Virus record (IMG/VR): IMGVR_UViG_3300045988_062714
Location: 36,078-100,077 of that record
DNA from: a virus
DNA: 64,000 nt
Direction: 5' to 3' (one strand)
Every line of letters begins with the position of its first letter. Within the stretch, counting starts at the first letter, position 1. Positions 22,197 through 31,978 of the stretch are shown here, one piece after another. The notes under the pieces are model-generated. The model did not search any database. It was given only the letters and a program-made list of their open reading frames with translations, and was not told the origin of the DNA. Position numbers and translations under genes: made by a program.

Positions 22197-22475
22197 TTAC
22201 TTGACGTTTGGTTCAACAAAAGATACTGGCTCATATAATTCCCAGCCAGTTAACCATACTGGAACAATTACGGTTTCTATAGCAACAATATCCCAAACAA
22301 TGTTCTCAAAACATGCTTCATATGTTACTCCTTCAATCTTATTAGATTGGTAGTTAGCCCAACCATAAGGTTCAGCTACAAACTTAGTTCCATCAGCTCT
22401 CTCAAAAGTCTTGCTGTCTGCACAAGAACTTAAAGCAATAATTGCTATTAACAATAAACCAAATAATTTTTTCAT
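22197..22475 (-). CDS. Small lipoprotein.
   Basis: Signal peptide plus lipobox MKKLFGLLLIAIIALSSC. Confidence 0.45.
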   Translation of the reverse strand: MKKLFGLLLIAIIALSSCADSKTFERADGTKFVAEPYGWANYQSNKIEGVTYEACFENIVWDIVAIETVIVPVWLTGWELYEPVSFVEPNVK

Positions 22476-22499
22476 ACACTACTATATTTAATTAAAAAT

Positions 22500-22600
22500 G
22501 ATGCCCTAACTGCGCTCTCAGCATTACGCCTTGGACTGTAGGCACTGTTAGTAGGCCAAGGGGGCTCAGGTTTGGCATCACTACTATAGCCCCTTATTCG
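22500..22600 (-). other. GC-rich structured element (two tandem 6-bp-stem hairpins) immediately 3' of the polymerase gene.
   Basis: GGGGCT...AGCCCC and CCTTGG...CCAAGG hairpins. Local GC is far above the surrounding sequence. Confidence 0.35.
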
Positions 22601-24790
22601 TTAATGAATCCAATGATCTGATACAGTAACATCTGCACCTAAAAATACATTAGGACAGAATGGTTTCCCTCCATCTATCATACATTTAACTAATACCTTA
22701 GATACTTCATCGGCAATAGATTCTGGGCATTCTAGATTAAACTCGTCATGGACTGGAACACACATCTTAACAATGTTAAGAAGCTTATGCTCCTTAATCC
22801 AATTAAATAGTTTAATAGAGGAAAGTTTAAAACACATTGCTCCCCTGTTCTGAATACGATAATTGATAGACTGCTTTTCAGATGCTGCTTTTCTCTGAAA
22901 ATATCTCTTAACGTCTTGGACGGTATCACAGCCAGGAGAATCTCTCTTCATTTCTCTGTAATAATCCCAGAACTCTGGGTCATTGAACTTCTTAGAAATC
23001 CGCCAGAGGTCATCAATATCATATATATGTGCTCTATGCTTAGTTATAGGATTTAACAAAATATAACCATCCCTCATTACCGCCATTCTACAATAATCTT
23101 GATACTGTTTTACTCCGGGGAAACCCTTCATAAAGTTATCATAGATTTCTTGAGCTTCTGACAACGGTAGACCCTTGTTATTAGCTATAGTATTTGCATC
23201 GCCTCCATAATTGATGGCAAATTCAATACCTTTAGCATCCTGTCTTTGGGCATGATATAATTTAGCTATATCCCCTATAGGGCAGTCTCTAGGGATAATA
23301 TTCGGATAAGACATTTTAGCTACTAGACTATGAACATCCCCACAGCCATGTTCAAATAGTTCAATCATAGCCTCGTCCTTAGATACAGAAGCAATGATTC
23401 TACTTTCTTGAGACTGATAATCCGCAGAAATCCACTTATTACCTTTCTCTGCAGTAAAACATGCTCTAGTTTCCTTGTCATGAGGTAAATTCTGTAGATT
23501 AAGTTTATATACTCCTCCTCCAGAACTTACTCTAGCTGTATCAGCTCCTAGTGAGTGAAAATCTACATGGATTCTTCCAGTCTTAGGGTTAATTGCCTTC
23601 AACCAGTTTTCCCCATAAGTAGAAACCACTTTTGCAGCTTCCTGATATTTTAGATAGATAGGAATAATCGGGAAATCTTTAGCCTGTGGAGCTAGAAGCT
23701 TAGCTTCAACAGATTTCTTTTCCTTCTTAGTTTGCTTATCAAATGTCTTGACTTTAATTCCTAATAATTCAAATAACTTGGTAACTTGTTGAGAGCTACT
23801 CCAGTTAATTGTGCACTTAGGCTTGGTATCAAAGCCATTAAATAAATCACCTTGATTATCTACCTTAGTAAATTGACTTATTACTCTTTTTCTATAAGCT
23901 TTAACCTTTCCGTCTGGTGTTTCAAGGTCTTCCTGAGGGCATCGGACATATTTCTCTTTTAGCAGTCTAGCTACTTCATCCTCTATTTCCATAAGATTAT
24001 AAAATTCCAGTTCTGGGTATTTAATATCCCATCCATCATGCTCATGTCTCTTTTCAGAATCCCATTGAACTACCCAATCGTTTAGTTCTTGCTCAGCATC
24101 CTTCAGCTTAACAAGGTCTTTAGCCATCTTATTTCTCCATTTTACGACATCTAGATGAACACCGCAATGCTTGAAATAAGCAAGACTCTTGATAAACTCA
24201 CACTCAAGTTTCATAGCAAGATTTAATTCTTGCTTAGCAAGCTCTATTTCTTGTTTTTCTTTAATGTCTTCTAGCCACATTACGTCTCCTGCAGCATAGA
24301 CTACTACATCTTCAGTAAGACCATCATTTATAATCTTACCTCGAACAGATTTATCTAAGTCATAGTTTAGATAATTCCATGCAGCTGCTTTCAAACTCAT
24401 TTCTCTTATATTAGCTGGATAGCCTAACCAAAGTAATTTCTCGGCAATCATACCATCCCAGATATAATTTGGCCAAATATCCTGCACATATAAAAACCCT
24501 AAGTCAAACATTAAATTCCATCCAAGAAATACTCTATCAGACTCAAAATAATTCTTTATCTCAGCTTTCTCTTCTGCTGACATAGTTGTCCAGTCAAAGA
24601 CAACTTGATTTTCTTTGCAACCTAGTTGCACAGTTAGTAACTCCTTAGTATGCGCATCTAATCCCTTAGTTTCAGTATCAAATTGAACTAAAGAAAGAGG
24701 CAACAATATTTTCATTGCCTCCTCGAAACTTACTTCTTTGTATTTTGTAGACACAAATAAAGTTTTATTCCGACTTACTAAATAAATCAT
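22601..24790 (-). CDS. polA: Family A DNA polymerase with an N-terminal 3'-5' exonuclease domain.
   Basis: Exo I FDTETKGLD. Motif A SADYQSQESRII. Motif B RQDAKGIEFAINYGG. Motif C PVHDE. Confidence 0.8.
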   Translation of the reverse strand: MIYLVSRNKTLFVSTKYKEVSFEEAMKILLPLSLVQFDTETKGLDAHTKELLTVQLGCKENQVVFDWTTMSAEEKAEIKNYFESDRVFLGWNLMFDLGFLYVQDIWPNYIWDGMIAEKLLWLGYPANIREMSLKAAAWNYLNYDLDKSVRGKIINDGLTEDVVVYAAGDVMWLEDIKEKQEIELAKQELNLAMKLECEFIKSLAYFKHCGVHLDVVKWRNKMAKDLVKLKDAEQELNDWVVQWDSEKRHEHDGWDIKYPELEFYNLMEIEDEVARLLKEKYVRCPQEDLETPDGKVKAYRKRVISQFTKVDNQGDLFNGFDTKPKCTINWSSSQQVTKLFELLGIKVKTFDKQTKKEKKSVEAKLLAPQAKDFPIIPIYLKYQEAAKVVSTYGENWLKAINPKTGRIHVDFHSLGADTARVSSGGGVYKLNLQNLPHDKETRACFTAEKGNKWISADYQSQESRIIASVSKDEAMIELFEHGCGDVHSLVAKMSYPNIIPRDCPIGDIAKLYHAQRQDAKGIEFAINYGGDANTIANNKGLPLSEAQEIYDNFMKGFPGVKQYQDYCRMAVMRDGYILLNPITKHRAHIYDIDDLWRISKKFNDPEFWDYYREMKRDSPGCDTVQDVKRYFQRKAASEKQSINYRIQNRGAMCFKLSSIKLFNWIKEHKLLNIVKMCVPVHDEFNLECPESIADEVSKVLVKCMIDGGKPFCPNVFLGADVTVSDHWIH

Positions 24791-25322
24791 GTTGATAGAT
24801 TTCGATGTTATTTATTTCAACATCTTTGGATTTGAACCTATTATAAATAGCTTCTTCAACTGCACCTTTAATATCATCTTCATCTATTACTTCTACATCT
24901 ACGAATAACCCTAATTCAACTCCTACTTCTACCTTAACCTTAGTAGGTAGTGGTTCATTGTAAGGTGCTCTAGGGTCATTAGCTGCACCCATTGGATAGT
25001 TATCTAAAGTCGTCATATGGGTCATAAGTTAAAGGATCAACTACTTCCCAATCATCTGCGTTTATATCTTCACCATCAAAAGGATAGTAAGTACAAGTCC
25101 TATCAGAAAAGTCATACATGATAAACTGGTCATGGTATGTAATACCTACACCGTAACTACACATAAGAGCTTTCATATCATCAGGGATAGAACGCATAGC
25201 AGGTATTCCATCTCCAGAAATCATTGCAGGTATCTGCATAAATATTACCAGATTGCTCTGAAATACTTTCCTTCTTACTACTTTTCCCTCTTGTAACTTA
25301 GACAATATTTCTCCGAATTTCA

Positions 25323-26168
25323 TTACATTAAATTTTTAAGTTGATTAGAAAATCTACGTCTTAATTTAGCTAAAGCTCCCTCTTTCATCTGTCTTATTCT
25401 TTCTCCTCCAACACCGTACATATCAGCTATAATTTTAGGATTGACAGGAGCCATTCCTATACCAAATAACATACAGATTAAATCGTGCTCTCTAATTGTT
25501 AATTTAGAAAGTAGATTCTCTAGCTCTTTAGTTACATAGCTTTTATTTACTTGTTCATCAAGGGGGTCTTCACCATCTGGAATAATATCACAGACTTGAC
25601 TGTTTTCTTCATCTCCTCCTATGAAATCGTCCACAGAAACTAACTTATTAGAAAACTGTGCTAGATAGTCAATTTGCTCCCTAGGAATATCAGTCATTTC
25701 TGATATTTCTTCGGAACTTGGATTTCTATCATGCGATTGCAAGAATTTATTAGTTGCATCGAGTATACTTATTACCAATAATTGCTGAGACATTGGAAGA
25801 CGAATTTCTCGTGCTTGCCAATATATAGAATTATAGATACTTTGTCTAATCCACCATACAGCATATGACAAGAATGTCACTCCTCTTTCTGGGTCAAACT
25901 TATCAATAGCTTTCATTAATCCTTCATTTCCACTAGAGATTAAATCCATTAAAGGGATACCTCTATTCTGAAATTGCTTGGCGATAGTCACAACAAACCT
26001 AAGATTTGATTTTATGACTTGTTCTCTAGCAACATCATCTCCTTTTTGAGCCTCACAAATGAGACGAGTTACCTCAGTACTATCTAAAATCTTATATTTA
26101 GATATATCCCTGAGATAACTCGTCAACAGTGAGTCAGAACGGTCTGTGAAAATGATTTTTTTACTCAC
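25323..26168 (-). CDS. Sigma-70 family RNA polymerase sigma factor.
   Basis: Regions 2.1-2.4 (VAREQVIKSNLRFVVTIA..., DLISSGNEGLMKAIDKFDPERG, FLSYAVWWIRQSI) and a region 4 helix-turn-helix. Confidence 0.8.
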   Translation of the reverse strand: MSKKIIFTDRSDSLLTSYLRDISKYKILDSTEVTRLICEAQKGDDVAREQVIKSNLRFVVTIAKQFQNRGIPLMDLISSGNEGLMKAIDKFDPERGVTFLSYAVWWIRQSIYNSIYWQAREIRLPMSQQLLVISILDATNKFLQSHDRNPSSEEISEMTDIPREQIDYLAQFSNKLVSVDDFIGGDEENSQVCDIIPDGEDPLDEQVNKSYVTKELENLLSKLTIREHDLICMLFGIGMAPVNPKIIADMYGVGGERIRQMKEGALAKLRRRFSNQLKNLM

Positions 26169-26403
26169 CTTCTTTTACAACCTGGGCTTCTGAAATTTCA
26201 TCTTTAGGAGCATTAAGACCAATACGAATAGATAGTACTGATATATATGCTTCCATTGCTTTTAGTTGGGCGACTAGTAAGTCTTTATTAAGGTTGTCAA
26301 CCTCCTTGAACTTATCCCCTAGGATAAAATCTCTGAGCTTAACAGCACGTTCATTAACTTCGTTAAATTCTCCCAACATTCTTTGAAATACAGCTTGTTC
26401 CAT
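26161..26403 (-). CDS. Hypothetical protein adjacent to the sigma factor (possible regulator).
   Basis: 80-aa ORF. Its start overlaps the sigma gene stop. Confidence 0.35.
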   Translation of the reverse strand: MEQAVFQRMLGEFNEVNERAVKLRDFILGDKFKEVDNLNKDLLVAQLKAMEAYISVLSIRIGLNAPKDEISEAQVVKEGE

Positions 26404-26541
26404 TTGATTAATTTTTAATATTTACAAATGAATCTAGACCCGTAGGTTTCAAGGAAGTCCTTTTCTTCCTGTATTATCTCATAAATTCCAACTATTACTA
26501 ATGACAATACTAATCCTCCAAATATATAGACCAGAATAGTA

Positions 26542-27237
26542 TTAAATATCCAAATATAAAGGTTCATAATTAATATCGTAAGAGTCATCGAGAATAGATA
26601 CATTGGCGGTCTTTGTCTCGCCTGCATCTAGTAGCCAATGATTTCCTTCGTGGATATGTCCACAAAAAGCATACTTCGGTTTCTTATCTATAATAGCCTT
26701 AGCCAAGACCTCATTTCCTGCATTTATGGGAGTAGAACTCCACCTACCAGGCGGAATCATACCACAATCATTTAATGCGGGAGCATCATGACTAATCAAT
26801 ATATCGCAATTTCCTGGGATATGTGAATAGATTTCTTCCAGTTTCTCATCAGAATACATGAAAGCCCAATTACCAAATTCATGGCAGGCCGGAGTTCCAT
26901 AAATTCTATATACCTTTCCTTCATCACTTAGATAGTCTAGATGAGAATTATCAAGAAATTCAGCTTTTCCTTCTGTAGGAAATTTAATCACAGAGTTATT
27001 CCAAAGAAAATCCCTATTTTCAAAAACAAAATCATGGTTTCCAGCTGTAAATACTACCTTCTTACACGGCAATGATTTAATCCAATCTGCAAATACAGTC
27101 TTCAACCACTTCTCACACTGTGGCTTGTTTCTCTGCATATAAAGAGGAACAATATCTCCACATATTAAAACAAGTTCACATGGCTCTATATAATCAATTA
27201 GAAATCCATGTAAATCACTTATTGCACATATTTTCAT
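26542..27237 (-). CDS. Calcineurin-like metallophosphoesterase.
   Basis: Motifs DLHG, GDIV, GNHD and GHIH. Confidence 0.6.
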   Translation of the reverse strand: MKICAISDLHGFLIDYIEPCELVLICGDIVPLYMQRNKPQCEKWLKTVFADWIKSLPCKKVVFTAGNHDFVFENRDFLWNNSVIKFPTEGKAEFLDNSHLDYLSDEGKVYRIYGTPACHEFGNWAFMYSDEKLEEIYSHIPGNCDILISHDAPALNDCGMIPPGRWSSTPINAGNEVLAKAIIDKKPKYAFCGHIHEGNHWLLDAGETKTANVSILDDSYDINYEPLYLDI

Positions 27238-27483
27238 ATCTTATGAGCTAATCCGTAAACATTTTTAGTCCATCCATTCATATGCCCTTTGTTATTTCCA
27301 ATAAGGCATCCTTTGTTTGAGTCTATCGCGTATACTTTATGAGTAACGCAAGCGCCTCTAACTTTACAAAATACTACATCTCCAACATTACATTCTTGCC
27401 ACCTTATAGGAGTGACAAGATGCTTTTCATTGCTCTTATACAGAGGGAGCATTGAATTTCCCGGCTCGCTTGTTATAAACGAT

Positions 27484-28083
27484 TCACCAGCCTCCAATCT
27501 CTGTATCTTTCTCAGTATGTTTGGATTCATCAGAATATTTATTTAGTCCTTCCCTAGTCATATTAGGTACTATACTAATATAAACCTTTTCACCATCACG
27601 GTCATACGACCATATATGATTGTCTACTACATAGCTTAGAGATTTATCATATCTAGTATAGTCTAGAATAGCTTCCCAAGTAGCCATGCTGCCAGTAATA
27701 CTATCCTTTTTATGTTTAGTAGCCCAGTTAAATATCCATAATAAATGCCAAGTTCTGAAAAATGTTATACAAATCATCGGGTCCCATTCGTGTCTGGGAC
27801 TGTCCCATTTATCCTTCCATCCTAATGCATGAAATCCTATATCTATCACCGGACTATAGTAGTCTCTTCTTATGGGAAGTCCAAATGTCCAAAAGTTCTT
27901 TCTAAATAGAAAGTGGGCCTTGGGGCGTTTAAAGTATTTTCTGGCTTTCCACCAGTGATACCATGGATTACGATACTCGTTCCAGCCAGGAGAAAGGAAA
28001 GGAATTTTACTATGAAAAAAGTACAACAGCTTGTAACGCAAACTGCCATACTTTTTACTAGTTAAGTACTCTTTAACATTCAT
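27484..28083 (-). CDS. Hypothetical protein.
   Basis: 199-aa ORF. Confidence 0.4.
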   Translation of the reverse strand: MNVKEYLTSKKYGSLRYKLLYFFHSKIPFLSPGWNEYRNPWYHWWKARKYFKRPKAHFLFRKNFWTFGLPIRRDYYSPVIDIGFHALGWKDKWDSPRHEWDPMICITFFRTWHLLWIFNWATKHKKDSITGSMATWEAILDYTRYDKSLSYVVDNHIWSYDRDGEKVYISIVPNMTREGLNKYSDESKHTEKDTEIGGW

Positions 28084-28332
28084 ATCCTTGTTTTACTAGC
28101 TCTTTCTCCATTTCGTCTAAAATATCATCAATGACATAGTCAGTTAGACAATCAGAGTCAGGAAAGCCTAAGTTCCGCAGATGATAATCTATGTTATCTC
28201 CCGCTTCATTAAGTATCATCCAGCCTTCAACTTCTCCCTCTTCATCTTCCTTAAGTGTTTTCACCACTTGGTCGATTAACTTAGGGATATTCACATCGTA
28301 GTTCTTAACTACCTCTACATTATAACTTATTA

Positions 28333-29700
28333 TCATGCTTCGTCTTCAATATTAGTTTCACCTTTGTCAAGTTCCTTTCCTTCCTTATCTAGGAATTTAA
28401 AACATTTAAGCTTAAATGCCTCAGATTTCATATTCTCAATCTTAATAACTATTCCCTCATGAGGTACTTTGTTATCGCAAGATGGCGAAGTTCGCTCCAT
28501 ATAGAATCTAGCGTCGTTAGCTAATTTCTCCATGAAATTTTCGTTCCAGTGCTCAGCTTCGTTAAGTTCTGGATATAAGCTATTGGCAGTACCATAATAC
28601 CACTCTTCTACTGGGATAAGACCTACCTTAGCGCACCATTGTTGAACTTCCCTAGCACTAAATTCGTGAACTACACCGTCAACATTAGTTAATGTTACAC
28701 GATATATTCGCACTTTAAAGTGCTTTTCGTGAGTATACTGTTCTCCTTCTTTAGGAGGCATACAGCCATAGTCATAATTCTTTTGGATATAGCCACCATT
28801 AGGTAAGAAACCAACGATTTCATAATATGCAGTCATACCTTTAGACAAGCAAGGTTTAACTATTTTATCAGCTTCCGCCCAAACGTCACACCCGTAGAAT
28901 CCAGGAGTAACATTCTTATTATAGAACTGATTCTTTATTACCGTTCTAGAAGCATACAAATAGTCATACTTATTGAACTCTTCTCCAGTAAGCCATTTAG
29001 CGATTTTCTGTTTCCAGTTCAGATCTTGTTTACAAAGCACATAAGCTGATATACCAGAAGTTCCGTGAATTTTCTCAGTAATACTGATTAAATCATTTGG
29101 ATGAATTACATTAGGACATTTCTTAATAAGAGTTGTGTCGTAGTGGAATCTAAATTGTTCATCAATGACCTTGCTGATTCCTTTGACCTTCTTCGTTTGG
29201 TTGTTACGTGGTGTGCCACCTTGTCCTTGCTGTCTCTTAGGGATGTACTTCTTGTTAATCCAAAATTCTTTGCCTTCATGTTCTACAATATCAAATTCAG
29301 TTCCTACTTCAATTTCTATCTCTTTATTAGTTACGGACATTATGTAGTTTTGGAACTGTATAATGGGCATAATAAAACCTTCCGACAGTTCATTTTTAAG
29401 TCTAATAGCTTTGACTCTACCATTGTCTTCAAACATACCAGTTTGTTCTGGGTCGTTGTTCAACTCCTTATGTCTATACAAGTTGCAATACCTTAGAAAA
29501 TCAGGATTAATGCAACAAGCAGTTGGGAAATAAACATACAATCCTGGCTGGGAATCAATACCAGTAATAATGTTAAATCCATCGATGGTGCAACACTTAA
29601 GTCTAGTTACTTCTGGGTTACTGTGTTGTCTAAAATTCTTAATTTCTACAATCTTTGCCAAATAATTGACATTGGCTTTCTTACTTTTTGATAACTTCAT
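28333..29700 (-). CDS. rnl: RNA ligase (Rnl2-like covalent nucleotidyltransferase).
   Basis: Motif I KIHGTSG, motif IV HEGIVIK, motif V FKLK. Confidence 0.55.
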   Translation of the reverse strand: MKLSKSKKANVNYLAKIVEIKNFRQHSNPEVTRLKCCTIDGFNIITGIDSQPGLYVYFPTACCINPDFLRYCNLYRHKELNNDPEQTGMFEDNGRVKAIRLKNELSEGFIMPIIQFQNYIMSVTNKEIEIEVGTEFDIVEHEGKEFWINKKYIPKRQQGQGGTPRNNQTKKVKGISKVIDEQFRFHYDTTLIKKCPNVIHPNDLISITEKIHGTSGISAYVLCKQDLNWKQKIAKWLTGEEFNKYDYLYASRTVIKNQFYNKNVTPGFYGCDVWAEADKIVKPCLSKGMTAYYEIVGFLPNGGYIQKNYDYGCMPPKEGEQYTHEKHFKVRIYRVTLTNVDGVVHEFSAREVQQWCAKVGLIPVEEWYYGTANSLYPELNEAEHWNENFMEKLANDARFYMERTSPSCDNKVPHEGIVIKIENMKSEAFKLKCFKFLDKEGKELDKGETNIEDEA

Positions 29701-30020
29701 TTCTTATATTTTTAAAATGGTTCTTCAGTAGTTTCTATAAATTCACACATAAAGTTAGCATATACTTGAGCCTGAATCTCATTAAATTCATTATTGTAAT
29801 AGAACTGGAAAACATGAAACAGCTCATGATAAAATGTATTCCTAAGCTGTTCATCACTCATAGAGACGTTTCCTTCATATTCAGACTTTACTGTTCTCGC
29901 CAATTTAATAGTGTTAGTAGCATCACAAAAATAACCGTAATCGTTATTTGGAAGAGAATCTTCTATGATTACAGTTATTTCTTGATTAGCTATTTTAAAC
30001 TTGTCTGGAGCTTTCCTCCA

Positions 30021-30512
30021 TTATTCAATTTCATCATAATACAGTTTGTACAGACTATTTAAATAATCCACAAACTCCTGTTTGTTTTCAAAAAGATTAT
30101 CTACATCAGGAAGCTCTACCTTATTCTTTCTTCCATCGTTGTCATAATATTCTATACGTATCTGAGATACGCTATGGCACATGATATCACACATTCCAGC
30201 GAATATCAGAATATCATTTTCAGATAGATACTCCGACAACCAAGGAAAATCTTTGTTTTCGTCTACATACTTCCCGTATCCTGCAGAGTTCCATCCTTTC
30301 TCAGAAAATCTTCCGGAATACTTACTAACATATGATAAAACCAATAGGAGAAGTTCGTCTTCTTCAAACGATTCTTTATCAAATTCAATAGTATCTCTCA
30401 TGTAATCACCATCGTTTGCGTCACATTCTACATAAACTACATACAGCTCTCTATTATTCGGAACGATAGAATATTTAGCTTTCTTTAGAATATCAAATTT
30501 TTCGTATTTCAT
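30021..30512 (-). CDS. Hypothetical protein.
   Basis: 163-aa ORF. Confidence 0.4.
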   Translation of the reverse strand: MKYEKFDILKKAKYSIVPNNRELYVVYVECDANDGDYMRDTIEFDKESFEEDELLLLVLSYVSKYSGRFSEKGWNSAGYGKYVDENKDFPWLSEYLSENDILIFAGMCDIMCHSVSQIRIEYYDNDGRKNKVELPDVDNLFENKQEFVDYLNSLYKLYYDEIE

Positions 30513-30925
30513 CGCGTATCAAGTACAATAAAATTATCACACATTTTTATAACATTTACTTTAAGCCCTCCCTTCAAGGCGCGAGTATCGCACACTTCAT
30601 ATTTCTCTTCAAGAAGGGCTGCATTCTCTTTGGTTATCTTTACCCAATAAACCCCGTTTTTCTGCTTAGAGCCATTCCAGATTAGATGATTAACTAACCA
30701 AATATAGCGTTTTTCTACATCACTCATTTTCAAAGAAGTTTTTCAATGTCTCATATAGCGGCCTAAGCTCATCTGCATAATACTCCAACTCTAGACCTTC
30801 TATGTACGAGGCTGTATGATACACAAAATTTTCCGTATCCTGTTCCAGATAATTCCACATATCTTCGATGTCAGACTGCATTAGTTCAACGCTGTCATCA
30901 TCTAATCGAATACTTAAATACATAA

Positions 30926-31564
30926 TTAGTAATTTATTATAGAATTATAGATTTTATCTGCTTCTTCCTTAAACTTAGCAGCTATATCATTGGAATTAGA
31001 GAACTCCTCAAACCATATACGTCCATATGGTAATTCACTAACAGCCATAGAAGCAACTTCTGTTCCATCTATCCAGTTCTTGAAATACACACTACCTATC
31101 TCTATACCTTTATAAGTAATACGTCTAAGCTTAGATATTTCGGATATACCCTTAGATTCCTTATATAATACTTGTAAGTCACTCCTATCCTGTTCAGAAG
31201 CTTCACTGAGCTTTCCTATTTTACTTAGAATAGCTGATATTTTGTTTTCTGCCACAGCATCTTTGTAGTATCTTACCATATACGCATTTTCAAATCTAGG
31301 AGCCTCCTCTACATTCTGTATGGGTATTTCTGAGTTTTCTATAAAAACATCGTCTAGGTAAGATAGATAAACATTACAAAGCAGTTTAGAATCCTCGATT
31401 TCTGAAGGACAAAGAAAAACATAAGCTTTAGTCTCGCCTTCTTCAATCTTGTGGGATATATTCATAAAGCCTACCTCATAGATACGGCATTCGTCAGGAA
31501 CTTCTAACTCTAGGTTAGAAAAGTTCCCATTGTAGTAATATTGCCTATACTTAATCTTCTTCAT
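30926..31564 (-). CDS. Hypothetical protein.
   Basis: 212-aa ORF. Confidence 0.4.
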   Translation of the reverse strand: MKKIKYRQYYYNGNFSNLELEVPDECRIYEVGFMNISHKIEEGETKAYVFLCPSEIEDSKLLCNVYLSYLDDVFIENSEIPIQNVEEAPRFENAYMVRYYKDAVAENKISAILSKIGKLSEASEQDRSDLQVLYKESKGISEISKLRRITYKGIEIGSVYFKNWIDGTEVASMAVSELPYGRIWFEEFSNSNDIAAKFKEEADKIYNSIINY

Positions 31565-31978
31565 AAAAATTGATTTTAAAAGTATTTCCAGCTATATAGT
31601 ATTTGCCTTGATGATAGCAGTTGTCCCACTTATCATGTACTTCTAACTCTAGAGACTTTGGAAGATACAGTTCGTGTGATTGCCCGAATCTATTTGAGCT
31701 GTTGCCAACTATATTAGCGATAACTAAAATAATTATATCTTCAGCGCTCATTCTTTAATCGCCTCCATTCTTCCAAAAATCCTTTTGGGTAACGCCAGTC
31801 TGATTCGCAAGTATATACTCTAGAGAACTTGATATGCTTGCGAAGTGTACCACACAATGTGTCGTTAACTTCATCAAACAACTCATCTTCATCCTCACAA
31901 TATAGATAGTCACTAGGCTGCAGTTCGAATACCCCTTCACTAAGACCAGATGTAACAAGCGACACATCAAATTTGTAC

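Noticed and set aside
22500-22600. tRNA, possibly a suppressor tRNA, in the GC-rich island after polA.
   Set aside because: The two hairpins have 6-bp stems with loops of about 21 nt. No cloverleaf can be drawn. The suppressor tRNA expected for TAG recoding is not in this window.
26415-26627. 70-aa hydrophobic ORF overlapping the 3' end of the phosphoesterase gene.
   Set aside because: It overlaps a motif-supported gene by 86 nt in another frame. A truncated membrane peptide starting at an internal Met is possible, but I did not call it.
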